From assembly GCA_964016885.1 (NCBI GenBank), contig OZ024743.1:117738001-117802000 (forward strand): a DNA stretch of 64,000 nt, in the 5' to 3' direction. A program made the position numbers and the translations under genes. Source of the DNA: Eledone cirrhosa. Lineage: Eukaryota. The notes beneath the pieces are model-generated. The model did not search any database and was not told the DNA's origin. It saw only the letters and a program-made list of their open reading frames with translations. Below, piece by piece: positions 27,885-42,088 of this stretch (within the stretch, counting starts at the first letter, position 1; the number at the start of each line of letters is the position of its first letter).

Positions 27885-30800
27885 AGCCCTTGTAGACAAC
27901 CACCCCACCTCCACTGATAAACAAAGAGAATGGCCAGCTAAATCTAACAGTGAACAGCTCACCAACAATTTTGCGGAAATCCATCCCACTTCCACTGAAG
28001 AACACCGAGAATGGTCAGCTAACTCTAGTAGTAATTGTCACCACATCAACAACGAGGCTGAAATTCATGACTCTATTGTACAAACAGAACACCAAAAACT
28101 TGTGGACACCTTACAAGTGATATGGGACGAAATATTTCAAGAGATACACAGCCTTAATGTGAATGACAGACCATACAACACCAGAATCAGTAAAGTACCT
28201 ACTAAATTGGAATTGGAAGCGGTGAACGAATTAGCTGACAATTATCTGAAGTCTATACGATCTAAAGGTGTAGAAACGACATTTGAAACGCTTAACATTT
28301 TGTTATATGTTTCAGCTGTCACATTGCTATCATATAACAAACATCTAAAACCACGCAATCAAGATACAAACAAAAAGCCTGAACCAGCGTGGATGCGAAA
28401 TTTAAAAAGCAAAATGTTGTCCCTGAGACGAAGTATCTCACACATCGCAGTCGTTATGAAATGTAACATAGGGAGCAACTTCACACGACACCAGGAAGAC
28501 CTAAAAAAAAAGGTTAGAGAGACGATTTGGAGATACAAAATTTAAAACTTTAAACTCCAAATTACACCAGTTGAAACAACAACACACAGCTACAACAGAA
28601 ATACTAAAATATAAGTCAACAGCACATAAACGACAAGTGCTGAATAGATTGTTTGCCAGAGATCCTAAATCAGTTTATCGCAGCTTCGGTGGCAAAAGCT
28701 CAATCTCTGTAAATGACACCCCTTCAAAAGAACAGGTTGAGAGCTACTGGAAATCTGTATGGGAAACGGATGACGGATTCAACAGACACATTAATTGGCT
28801 AAAAGAACTGCAACAGGACTACGGCCAACATGTCCAAACAAAACAATATGAGATAGATCGGTCAATACTGGAAACAGCTCTACAGAAAATGTCGAATAGG
28901 AAATCACCAGGCCCAGACCTCATTGCAGGATATTGGTTGAAGAATTTCACTTTCTATGGGCAAGATCTCATACGACTGTTTACAGAAACCATGAAAATAA
29001 CACAAGAACTGCCCAGATGGTTATCAACTGCCACTACTCTCCTCATTCCCCAAAATAGCCAAACCACCCTTGCTAAAAATTACCGCCCAATAGCCTGCCA
29101 AAGCATCATGTATAAATTATATACTGGGTGCCTTAACCTATTCTTACAGGATCACTGTGCTACCAACAACATCATAACACCTGAGCAAGCTGGTGGAAAT
29201 AGGGAGATGTGGGGTTGCATAGATCACCTACTAACTAATCAAATGATTCAAGAAAAAACAACAAAGAATCGCAGAAAAATGACTGTGGTGTGGCTGGACT
29301 ATCAAAACGCATTTGCTAGTGTACCTCATGGGTGGATTGTTAAGGCTTTACAGTTAGCCAAAGACCCACATCCACTGGTAGCTGCTGTTGAACGTCTGAC
29401 CAAGAACTGGTACACCAATTTGATCCTTAGATGTGAGAAAGAGCAAGTTAATACTGATAAGATACATTACCAGAAGGGCATCTTTCGGGGTGATAGCTTG
29501 TCAGTGCTACTCTTCGTACTCTCACTAAATCCACTATCTTACCTTCTCAGGAAAAAAGGAGGACAAAGAAGTGGGTCCAGAAGTATCTCCCATCTTTTCT
29601 TTGTTGATGACCTGAAGTTGTATGGGCCAAATATCAATGACATCAAGAAACAACTGGACCTCATTACACACTTTTCAATAGACATCAAAATGAAATTTGG
29701 TGAGTCCAAGTGTGCATATTTGGCAGTAAAGCGTGGAAGAACTGTGCCCTCCTCTAGAAATCTAGAGATGAACGGCCTGACAATGCAAACTCTACAGTCA
29801 GGTGACAACTACAGATATCTCACGCAAGGAAGATGGCCGGGGTCTAAAATCAATATTAACATCATATGAGATCCGGATAGTAACACTGAAGCAACATCTT
29901 CAGCAGAGGAAAAAGGTTGGCAACCATCTTGCCCAGGTTTATGAGCATGAAAAAAATATATCATTAGAATAGCCACTGATCTGGAGGAGAGATATGGAAT
30001 AAAGCCTGATATAAATCTCTCACCCAGAGAAATCGGAAGATCCTATTCAATGTTCAAACAAAATGAAAAAATTGACCAATTTACAGAAAGAGTTGTGCAT
30101 GGATACTTGAGACGTAAAACACAGACCATAGAGGGAATAAACCACTCAAAAAGCCTGGCATGGAGTTCCGACAAGTTTATGACATCACACCTTGAGGGGT
30201 ATCTCTATGCTATACAGGAACAAGAACTCCCTACCAAATATCTGCTGCACAAAAGGGGTGGGGGGTCATGAGCTGACAATAAATGTTGGCTATGTAAAAC
30301 AAAGATCGAGATGTAAGCCACATTGTTGCCAGCTGCGAAAGAATGTCATCTCGCTACAACCTCCCCATGAGATACGATGGGATAGCTAGAACCATCTGGA
30401 ACGTACTTCGGAAAACAAAATTAACAACAAACGAGGAAGAATATATTGAGACAGATGGCACTAAGGAATACTGGTGGAACCTGAAAATAAAAACTGCCAC
30501 CAAATTAAAGCACAACCGGCCTGATATTATTGTTTGGGACCACACATTGTAAACGTGTTCTGCTGTGGAGATCAGCTGCCCACTTGATGTAAACGTTGTC
30601 AGAAAAATACAGGAGATCGAGGACATCTATGGACCATTGATGAGGAGTTTACAAATCCAGTATCCAAGATACACCTTTAGCTTCATACCCATCATTATTG
30701 GAGCTACGGGTTATATACCAACCCGATTGGACCAAAGTATGACTGAACTTGGATTTGCGGACAAAGACCGCAGCTCCCTAATTCATAGTCTACAAATGGC

Positions 30801-30937
30801 TGCGATAGCTGGCACCTTCAACATTTGCAAAACATTCTTGCGATTCAAGGGATGACAATTTCTTTTCTTTTAAAACCTTGCCACCAGGAAGGTGGCCGGT
30901 CAAAAGAATATACTCGAAATTAAGAGAAAGAGATAAC
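27885..30937 (+). mobile_element. R4/Dong-clade non-LTR retrotransposon (RT + RLE), frameshifted and internally deleted
   Basis: RT 28571-29869: KSPGPD, KNYRPIAC, WLDYQNAFASVPH, GIFRGDSLS, HLFFVDDLKLY. C-terminal RYDGIA, HNRPDIIVWD, EISCP. (TACA)n on both flanks. Confidence 0.9.
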
Positions 30938-30982
30938 ATACATACATACATACATACATACATACATACATACATACATACA

Positions 30983-31013
<31 letters not shown>

Positions 31014-31109
31014 CTACACAGAAATACACACAATCAAATACAAACGCACACACACGCACAAAGAGAGAGAGAGAGCGTGAGAGAGATGAGAGAGAGAGAG
31101 AGAAAGAGA

Positions 31110-31182
<73 letters not shown>

Positions 31183-32091
31183 TAGAAGAGAAACCAACAG
31201 ATACGGAAAAAAGAGATAGAAAGATGAAGAAAATATGTATGATTGATAATGAGAAAGAGAGGGGTATATATAAATGAGGAGAGAGAGTTAGAGAAGAAAC
31301 ACGACCGAAACAAAAGACTGCAAACAATCTAGGATCCGAAGGAATACAAACTGTAAGCCAATGATACAGTAATCAGACAGACGGTCCGACGGACGGACAA
31401 ATAATCAGTGTAAAGATAAACAAAATCTAAGCTCTCCGTACATATTACATAGGATTTTGTCGTTCCAGGCGGGGGAGTACTCGTTCGAGCGACTAACAAA
31501 GTTTAGACAAAATAAGTTTTGACGCAAAGACATATCATAGATGGTTTAGTCATTTATATATTCGTACAGTCACAGGAGACAGGACTTACGGCACATCTTA
31601 CGCCACAACAATCTTCAGAAATCTATTTATCAAATTCAGTTCTATAATTCTTTTCCGCCCAGATTTAAATACATCAAGAAGATAGATGCTTATTAAACGC
31701 GTAAACGCTTCCATTCCGATTCTCGCAAGCACAAACGCACACACATGCAGACACTCATAGATATATACAGGCGCACATACAATCACAGATAGACCTACAT
31801 ACACAGACATATATGTATGTATGCATGTTTGTATGTTTGTATGCGTGTATGTAAGTATATGTATGATTTTATGTATGTACCTATGTATGTATGCATGTAT
31901 GTATGCATGTATGTATGAATTTGACCTAACATAAATGTAGTCCAATGACTGAGATCTGTAGAATAATAAAAAAAATATATACGCGTGTGTGTAAGCTCAA
32001 GAACTATTGCGACATTTCTAAATTGCTTGGTACAAATCGTTGGACACAATGATTTTTAATATATATATATATATATATATACATATATATA

Positions 32092-32277
32092 TAGGAAAAA
32101 GTATGACCCCGACGGCAGAGCTCAAGCCGTTTCGACGGCTATTTCTGAAATAGCCGTCGAAACGGCTTGAGCTCAGCCGTCGGGGTCCTACTCGTTCCTA
32201 TTACCCACTCTACTACCCTAAGTATTGAGTCCTCTGGAGTGTTATGGTCCACCTGGTTCCTTACCACATTTCCTTCG

Positions 32278-32280
<3 letters not shown>
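32092..32280 (+). mobile_element. Family E hairpin element with non-identical arms
   Basis: Left arm ggaaaaagtatgacccc..gcagagc; right arm ctcagcc..ggggtcctactcgttcc; (TA)n flanks. Confidence 0.8.
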
Positions 32281-32360
<80 letters not shown>

Positions 32361-32439
32361 GCAGTCTCTGTATGTGTGAAAAAAAACGGAAAAAGTGCTC
32401 AATTAGGAAGAGAGCAGAAATATTATACTACTTATTTAT

Positions 32440-33140
32440 GTTCATACACGAAACAAATGCGCTACCTAGGCTTTCAACGTCCATTATTGACGATATCTCC
32501 AGAATTTAAGAGGGAAGAAAATTGTGACCTATCTTCATGTAGTTGTACAAGTTTATAAGCCATTGTTAAATATAATACTCATATTGCTGTGATTGAGGAT
32601 GTCAGTAACGTCATTTATATAAATTAGATGTGGGCCCAATACAGTGCCTTGTGGAGGGCCACTAATGACTTACGCTGGGCCTATTTGTACTCCTTCGACT
32701 ACAATATGTTGGGCTCTGTTTTCCAGGAAACCCTTGATCCTGTTCAGTAATTTTCGAGTGACACCAATGTCGTGGAATTTTTCAGTAGGATGTAGTGATC
32801 AACCCTGTCTAAGGCCTTGCTGAAATCAAGGTAGATGACGTCAGTGTTGGAGCCCTCTCCCGACGATCTTAAAATGTCATAAAATTGATGCAGGAGCTGT
32901 TGTAGACAGTCTCTTCCATTACGGAACCCATACTGGCTGGAGTTCAGCAGATTGTTCCTTTCAAGTAAGCGAGTGAGTTATTTGCGATCTCTAAAGGGAG
33001 TGAGATCGGAAGGTAATTCACAGGAAGGGACATGTTTCCTTGTTTGAAAACGAACAAGAGACTGGGATAGAAGGTTTTCGGGTATATAAGCCAGCATCCA
33101 GTGAGTTCCTCCACATATTAGCTAAAGGAGATGCAAGCAG
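32440..33140 (-). pseudogene. CR1-group LINE RT fragment
   Basis: QYGFRNGRDCLQQLL, DVIYLDFSKALDRVDH, SGPPQGTVLGP, YINDV. Confidence 0.8.
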
Positions 33141-33224
33141 GTAACCTATCGGAGCTTGCTGGTTAATTGTGTTTAATTTCATTTAGTGCCGCTAAAACAT
33201 CTAGCCCAACCAAAGACAGTAGTG

Positions 33225-34250
33225 GCTTTTAACAAGGCACTGTGTTGGGTCGACTTATTTTCATTACCTATATAAATGACGTTACTGTCGTCATCAAACA
33301 CAGCAACATATGAACCTTTTCAGATGATTCGAAGCTCCAGAAGATCATCAGTGAAGTTGGTGACCAGACATGCATTCCATTAGACCTACTTACGTTATCC
33401 AATGGGCGCAAAAGAACAATGCACTGCTGAAGGAGGATAAATTCGAATTAATCCATTTTGGAAAAGAGGATGCACTGAAACTCTCACATTCGCTTCCTTC
33501 AGCAGAAACTCTCCTGGCATACAACAACATTAGAGACTTGCGAGTAATTGTTGATTACAACATAAGCTGGGCCACTCATACAAACACCAAATTTGACATG
33601 GCCTGCAGGATGTCTTGCTGGATTCTCAGAACTTTCCAGTCGAGTTATCAACACCATTATCTTCTGTGTTTTTGCCCGACCTCACCTTGAATACTATTGT
33701 CACCTGTGGTCTCCCTTCACGAAACAAAGTATTTTGACAATTGAAGCACCTCAAATTTAATCACAAACTAGATAGACGGCATGACAGGCATTCACTATTG
33801 GGGTCGAAAAGAAAAGCTCAACTCTATTCTCTCCAATAGCGCCGTGAGCGCTACATTATCTGAATGGGGTGGAAAATATTCCATCAGCATTCCCCAAATG
33901 ATGTTGGCATCATTTCTAAATACACCTAAGTACTGAGCCCCGTGCTATCCGCCCACAACAAAAATCAAACTTGTATCTCATAGCATCATTATGGCGCAAT
34001 TATTTCACCTCAACTGATCCAGCTATTTTTAACATTACGCCAAAACACATTAAAACAGACACCATAAAATTCAAAAGTTTCCGAAAAATACTTGATAAAC
34101 CTCCCACAGCCTGATATGTCTCCGTAAACAATAATTCTCTAATTGAATGGGCCATCATGTCCAAATCCTGATTTGCAAGACTTCGCTATGTGGTACTATT
34201 AAGTTAGGCACGGGTTGGGTCAATAATGTCCGAAAACTATCAAAGCTATA
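33225..34250 (+). pseudogene. CR1-group LINE RT-to-3'-end fragment
   Basis: QGTVLG..YINDV..FSDDSKL, KFELIHFG, IRDLRVIVD..SWATH, WILRTF, RPHLEY. Confidence 0.8.
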
Positions 34251-34804
34251 TTTTTACTACGGAAGTGTAGACGAAGGAGAAGAAGGAGAGAGGTGTGGTA
34301 GTAATAAAAGGGTATTGGTAAAGAAGGAAGGGAACAACGAAGAATGGGTGGGCGAAGCAGATGGGGACGACAGGGAGGTGTAGTAGTAATAGTATCACTA
34401 TGTATAGTAGTAAAGGAAGCTGCCCGTGGGACTGACCTAAATAACTTAGTGACCTTAAAGTTGACTGAGGGAGTAATTGTTTCTAAATTTGTCTATTTTA
34501 GTATTTCAGTCGGTAACGCTGGTATTCTTAGATTGTCCGTTGGTGTTAAAAAATTGACCTGCCGTGTGATTGTTTCTATTTACCTTAATCTGTCGATTGG
34601 TGTCAATGTAGGGTGGTCGTTGCAGTTACGTCTGTGGTGGATATATTTAAAAGGGGTTCATATTTAATGATAAAATATGTGTGTGTGCATGTGAAGCCCG
34701 GGTTCACTCCGGCGTAACAACAGTTAGTAAGGTACTCAATACATAAGTAGTGTGTAAACATCATGTTTAATATAAAAAGAGCTTCTGCATGATTAGAAAT
34801 ATTT

Positions 34805-35059
<255 letters not shown>

Positions 35060-35216
35060 GAATGAATAATAACAGGTAGACATCATAAAAAGGTAATTTA
35101 TTCCGTGTGCTTACAAATGTTTCCACGGTGGTACTACAGCCTAGTTATGCTATGTGCAAATTTACAAGAATTTGCAGAACTCAAATATCCAATGCTGTGA
35201 CCACTGTATCCTCAGG

Positions 35217-35273
<57 letters not shown>

Positions 35274-35315
35274 ATATTTATATATATATATATATATATA
35301 TAGCAGAGTATAAAA

Positions 35316-35598
35316 GTTTTAATATAGATGGGATTCTACAGGACTAGAACTGTTTCATTCTTTAGAAATCATCAGGAATCTGGCTTTCTGCCTTTATAAA
35401 CTATAGACTTAAAGAATTAGCTTTTAATGAATTCCCCTTTCTTTCAACCAATGACCTCCACCCATCCCACTCCTCACCCTCTCCTACCACCTGAAAAGAT
35501 ATAAATACCACTACATTTACTTTTGGAAAGCCAAATTCCTGATGATTTCTAAAGAATGAAACAGTTCTAGTCCTGTAGAATTCCATCTATATTAAAAC
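35316..35598. mobile_element. Fold-back element with two HHRs (35332-35380 -, 35534-35582 +)
   Basis: aattc-CTGATGA-t-ttct aa agaa-t-GAAA-cag ttctagtc ctg-TA-gaatt; the opposite arm has gattc/gaatc; (TA)n flanks. Confidence 0.85.
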
Positions 35599-35681
35599 TA
35601 TATATATATATACATGAATTATTGACGTATGTGAGAAACGTTACTCAATACTGTACTAGTTTAAATACACACACATAAGCA

Positions 35682-35790
<109 letters not shown>

Positions 35791-35971
35791 GTATGTGTGT
35801 GTGTGGGGAGGTATGTGTGTGTGTATGTGTGCGTGCGTGCAAAAGGTTCAGTAAGACCGAAGAAAATTGTTCATAAAGCCGGTTGCCTGGGAAACATTGT
35901 AGCCGGGTTGAGCAATATATCTCATGTAACACCTCCACGTTGTTCTTATTATATATATATATATATATATA

Positions 35972-36020
<49 letters not shown>

Positions 36021-37579
36021 ATGTGTGTGTGTCTGTGTATGTGTGTGTTATTGAAAACACGGCTGTGATGAAGTTACCACAGATTTATCATATTGCCTTA
36101 TTAGATTTTTGTTTAAAATTAATATATTTAAATAATAGTGGAATGCGCTCGACCGACGACAATTGCAGCGGAACAGTGATTATTGCTAAACAACAACATA
36201 CCTCCAAACACAAGTCAATGAGTAGCTCCCTGCGTACGTGTTAAATGTAACAACTAAATCTCTCTTAAATGCCATCTTTTAAAAGGCACATAGAATAATC
36301 TGGTCATAGAAACCCTATGTCTGCAAAAATCCGTGAGTGTTACAGCAGGACATTCCACCGGGCGTGCAGGAACCGGTTAGTCGAGGCAAACATAGTTTCC
36401 CAGATTTTCTCTTTTAGTCTCATACGGTAGCCAAACAGATGACAGTACGCAGTCTAAATTTTAGCTGGATGGAGAAAATCTACATCTAAATCCCTTGGCT
36501 TTTGAATCACAACTAATATCGAGGAGTAGATGAAAAGATGAAATTCCTTAACACTGAAAATTGAATCTGTATATCAGAATCGGTTTGTCGAAACTTTAAC
36601 ACCACTATCCAACATGGGTTCGCACTCACTTTGCGAAACTCTCTGTGATTAATTAGCATCCGTCCATGATTGTTATGCTGTTGTTGGCGGCCATAATCGG
36701 TTTGATTCATGGCTGAGACAAATAATCATTTTTCAGCTAATGTTCTCGGAGATTAAATTACTGGCACTTTTTTTATTTATTCATTTATTTATTATTATTA
36801 CTTTAATTATTTACCATTTCCATTTTAACCAAACATATCATTGTGTCACTAGAATGAAATATTACTGTCTGATCTACATAACTGTGCTTCAGACTCTTCT
36901 GAAACTAGGATACACAACAGTATAGCAACTCAACTAAGAATGAAGTGTGGTGGAAGACAAAATCCATAATTTCCTGCAAGAGAAGAAGGCTAATAAAAAA
37001 TATAATTAAGTTATATAAAAGGCAAAATAGGTTATATATGCAAGATGGATAATAGGATGTTTATATACTCGAAACAATATATATGTCGGCTTGTTAAAAG
37101 AGTAAATATCGATATCATCAACATCATCCTCATCATCATCATCATCATCGAATTCTCTCGATATTAATATTGATTTCTTATATTAGCATAAGACTAGACA
37201 TTAGTAGAGATAAAACTGTGAATTATATCAACACAGTACTGGAAGGGTGTAAATTAAAACTGTCGTCGGCGAGATTTGAACTCAGAACTTAATGATCCGA
37301 AATAAAAAGGATATTCTGACTCTGATGAAATTGCAGCACAAGCGGTAAGCCTCTCAGGATGATAACCCTCTATCATTCCACGAGTATATTACATCTAAAT
37401 ACAAATTGTTTGTCTTTGTATATACACTGTTGAGTAGAAATCTATATATAGCCCAAGCTTTGGCTGCATAGACAAGAATTTCGCGTCCCAGGTTCAATCT
37501 CTCTGCTCGAAACTGTTGGTTCCTAAGTGTTTTCTAAGTTGCATCTCGTCGACAGTAACAGTCCAGAATAACGTCATTA

Positions 37580-37753
37580 TTGGCAGTATCGGTAGAGGGT
37601 CGGACGCCATGCTTTCCAGCATAGTTACGTCCATTTATGATCTGAGTTCAAATCCCGCCGAGGTTGACTTTGCCTTTCATCCTTACGGGGTCGATAAAAT
37701 AAAGTACCAGTAATGCACTGGATAATTGCTGGCCTTGTGCCTAAAGTAGAAAC

Positions 37754-37760
<7 letters not shown>
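37580..37760 (+). mobile_element. SINE (Meta-domain-like family), near full length
   Basis: tggcagtatcggtagagggtcggacgccatgc...gagttcaaatccc...gtaccagt. Confidence 0.8.
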
Positions 37761-37783
<23 letters not shown>

Positions 37784-37784
<1 letters not shown>

Positions 37785-38218
37785 CGTGGGAAAGTAAAAA
37801 ATGGAGAATAGACCGTTAAAACATGTTTATTTAAAATATCACCTACGTACGTTTCGCCCAGTTGGGCTTCTCAAGGGCATAAATAATCACAAGTGTTTCT
37901 TATATTGCTCGGAAAGAGTTTTTGGGGTTAAATCCACATCAAGGTTCATTGCTCGCAAAAATATCTTGTTTTGATTTTGCAGCAGGTCAAGGTGTTAGGG
38001 CAGTCTTTCCCGGACAAATTTTTTTTTTTTTTTTTTTTTTTTGCCGCATCCGTTTGTCTGAGGCTGGGCCTGGTATGCAAAGATTGTTTTCTGAAGAGTG
38101 AAATAGTACACTGGATCTCCCTGCAACAAGTCTTAACACCCCGGCGGGCAGGTGCTGCAAAATAACACCCAGAAAACAATCCTTGCATACCAGGCCCAGC
38201 CTCAGACAAACGGATGCG

Positions 38219-38256
<38 letters not shown>

Positions 38257-38650
38257 TCCGGGAAAGACTGCCCTAACACCTTGACCTGCTGCAAAATCAA
38301 AACAAGATAATTTTGCGAGCAATGAACCTTGATGTGGATTTAACCCCAAAAACTCTTTCCGAGCAATATAAGGAACACTTGTGATTATTTATGCCCTTGA
38401 GAAGCCCAACTGGGCGAAACGTACGTAGGTGATATTTTAAATAAATATGTTTTAACGGTCTATTCTCCGATTTTTTTTACTTTCCCACGTGCTTACGCTC
38501 TGCTAACTCTCTAGCCCACTAAATATTAACACTTCGAATATTTAATACTGCCGGCACTAGTATCGAGCACCTTTGGCATACGCTACTTGGCAAATAACTA
38601 TATGTATCACCTATCCCCCCTTTTTTTCTCTTTCTCGATACGTAAATACT
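37784..38650. mobile_element. Fold-back element with ~310-bp arms and a variant-core HHR (38393-38430 +)
   Basis: Arms 37784-38092 and 38170-38490, with a poly-T/poly-A tract inside each arm. gcc-CTTGAGAA-gccc aact gggc-GAAA-cgtacg-TA-ggt; (TA)n flanks. Confidence 0.75.
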
Positions 38651-38651
38651 A

Positions 38652-38715
<64 letters not shown>

Positions 38716-38742
38716 GCACACACAGACATGTGTATATATATA

Positions 38743-38817
<75 letters not shown>

Positions 38818-38827
38818 GCACACACAG

Positions 38828-38865
<38 letters not shown>

Positions 38866-38870
<5 letters not shown>

Positions 38871-39792
38871 TTCAGAAAAGCAGGTTTTTATAGATTGAAT
38901 TTAAAACGACGTATCTCGGAATAAAATATACGATTAGAATCCCATTTTTGCCGACATGATATAAGTACTCATTCCAGTAACAAAGAACTCTGAATTTCAG
39001 TAGATGATGATTTCTTCAAGGGCATTTATTGCTATGGCAGTCGTATTCAGAAGGCTCTAATTTATTAAACCAAAATATCCCCATAACCTTATTTTAGTGG
39101 AGTTTCGGATTTAAAAAGAGTTTAGGAGCTTCGTCGTGTTCCAACCACTATACTGAACGTCGTCAGTTGTAAAAGATCTAATTTTCATCGGTCGCAAACA
39201 ATGGCGGACCCCAGCATTCAGAACGGCGATTTCTCCTGTTTTCTTTGATTCATGTGGCACACATTTTCCAATCGTTTTCTAAATTCCAGTTCGGTTCAAA
39301 CGTTCTGAAATTGTGCCAATGCTTATATCTAACTCTCCAGCAAGATCTCAGACGTTTGTAACAGGATTTGTTTCAACGAAAGCCTACATTTTATCGTCGT
39401 CACTGGCGGAAGGATGTTCACAACATTCTATATCTTGAGGAGTGAAATGACTACGATATAATTGTTTAAGCCAAAGTTGCACTGTATATTCATTCATATT
39501 TTGTTATCCCCAAACCACACTGATGTTTCTATCCATTCATGTTTCATTGCGGCCGAGTTTAAGCTCATAAAATTAAATTCTGTAAAAGTTCTGTTTCGAC
39601 ATCTTAACTTCAAAGATGTATAAATTGGTAAAAAAATCAATTTGTATTAAAAATAGAACACAGAGAAAAAAGCAACAAAAATAAGCTTTAAAATGATACG
39701 GAATTTTACAGACTTTGCGTGAGTGGTTATTTTTTTTAAATGTCGAAACAAATATAAACATAAAACCTGCCCTCATTTCTAAACTACCTAAT
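38866..39792 (-). mobile_element. Mariner-family DNA transposon remnant
   Basis: Minus strand MSKQNF..FYELKLG..TVQLWLKQ.., KCVPHE, DEN*IFYN*RRS..WLEHDEAPK..PKLH..KVM. Weak TIR-like ends (tatt..gcaggtttt) at TA. Confidence 0.75.
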
Positions 39793-39862
39793 ATATATAT
39801 ATATATATGGGTGCGTGTGTGTGTGTGTGTGTATGTGTGTGTATGTGTATGTGTGTGTGTGT

Positions 39863-39980
<118 letters not shown>

Positions 39981-40689
39981 GCGCGTTTGTGCGTGTGTCT
40001 GCGTGTGTACATGTGTGTGTGTATGCTTATATCTACAAATGTAACGTTCTATAAATTTGGAGAATGATGGAAAGGAACAGGTACTGGAGTCTATATAATC
40101 GACTGAATACTTCAAGACGATGCTCCGCCATGACAGCAGAGAAATGAATGAGACTAGTAAAAGAATAAAGGAAAGAATAATGGACTCTGTAATACAATAT
40201 TTTACTGTAACAAAACTTTGTGACGCACCAAGATCTGGATATATATGGTCTATTCAGCTAATGTAAGCCACTACTAACACTGAGTATATAAGCAGTGTGT
40301 TTGTAGAAATTTACCAACACGGGATTTATGACAGTACAAGTGATTCTACTTTTTCTGTCCACCATAAAAGAGATTTGAACACAGAATGCATAGAGCCAAA
40401 TTAGCTACCACAAAATATCCCGTCTCACATAATAACAGCAATCCATCGTCGCCAGACTGCTTTTATTTATGTATCGAAAACTGGAATGATGAAAGTCAAA
40501 TTTTATCTGAGCGAGCTAGACTATATATATATATATATAATATCCCGTACAGATCAAATTTGTTGATGATATAATACATTGAGCTTCTATCCGTTTTGAT
40601 AAATCTAAGTTGATATCGCTATTTTAAAGAATTCTCTTATATGAGACTCTAGCAATCACTGCCGTACTAAATGTCTGCTAGGACAAAAT

Positions 40690-42022
40690 CACCAGGCAGG
40701 AAGACAAGAAATGTGATCAATAAATTCAAGAACGGCAAATCAGGCGGACTGGATGAGATCTCTACAGAGTTGCTCAAATTCGGTGAAAATAGCATGATAA
40801 TAGCTTTGACAACGTTGATGAACAGCTGCTGGAGGGTCGGTCAGATTCCTCTTGATGACAACGCAGTGTCCTCGTCAAAATGACGAAGAACGGAAACCTA
40901 GCCCACTGCAACAACTGGCGTGATATCACATTGCTTTGAGTTCTAGACAAGGCGTTCTGCACTCCGGAAAGCTGTCGACTCAGTGCTCCGCGAACAACAA
41001 GCTGCCCTCCGAAACAACCGATCTTGCAACGAACAGAGCTTCTCACTACGGAACATCCTCGAACAATGCGTTGAGCTCCAGCAACATTTGGCAGTTAACT
41101 TCATTGATTTCCTAAAAGCGTTCGACAACGTGCATCGGGAAGCGATGTGGAATATTGCGCACTCGTACGACATTCCTGTGTCAGACAGGGTTGTATTCCT
41201 TCTCGGCTGATGTTCCTAAGATGAACGGCCCGATTAAGGAATCCCATGGAGAGGCCAGTCGAGACTGAGGGATATAGCATTCCCAAACGACATCGCTTTG
41301 ATCGCTGAAGACAGTGCAAATCTGCAGGTTCGAGCAGACAGCGAATCAACACCAAAAAGACCAAAGTGATGTCGACAGCCAACACAGGTTCAGCGGTTAG
41401 AGTCAACAGACAAGACCTGGAAGAATTTGAACACTTCATATATCTGTGCAGCATTCTGGCAAGCAATGGTGACGTGGAGCTCGACACCAACTATCGGATC
41501 GGCAAAGGAGCTACAGTTTTCCAGCGGTTGTACCCAATCTGGTCGTCTTAGTGCATCAGCACCAGGATCGAGCTGCGGTTGTACAAGAGCATCGTGTTGC
41601 CGACAGTGCTTTACGCGAGCGAAACGTGGAAGAACACGGCAAACATAGAGAGACGGCCGAACGCATTCCATCAGCGCTGACTGGGAAGAATCCTTCGTGT
41701 GTTCTGGCGTGACCAAGTGCGAAACGAGGAAATCCTGTAGAGAGCCGAGTCGTGAACGCTGCAGAGAATGGTCGCGAACTACCGGTGCCACCTGACAGGC
41801 CATATTCTGCGCCTGCCCAACGAACGACTTTTGAAAACAGCGATGAACTGGACTCCAACTGGTGACAAACGGAGGTGAGTTTGCCCCAGGATCACCTGCC
41901 GACGAACGTTACAAAAATAACTCTTGGCAGTCAACATCACTTGGCACAGACGCGAAAAAGCCGCCGTTGAACGTAATCGTTGGCTACTCTCGCCGAAAGA
42001 TGTGAAAGAACCTAAGACTAAG
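40690..42022 (+). pseudogene. RTE-clade LINE fragment (RT to 3' end)
   Basis: KNGKSGGLDEISTELLK, NNWRDITLL, FIDFLKAFDNVHREAMW, EFEHFIYLCS; tail ctaagactaaga. Confidence 0.85.
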
Positions 42023-42023
42023 A

Positions 42024-42088
<65 letters not shown>

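Noticed and set aside
34390-34728. Possible small Helitron-like element (3' cccgggttcactccgg..cagttagt)
   Set aside because: Only a weak 3' hairpin resemblance, with no second copy in the window.
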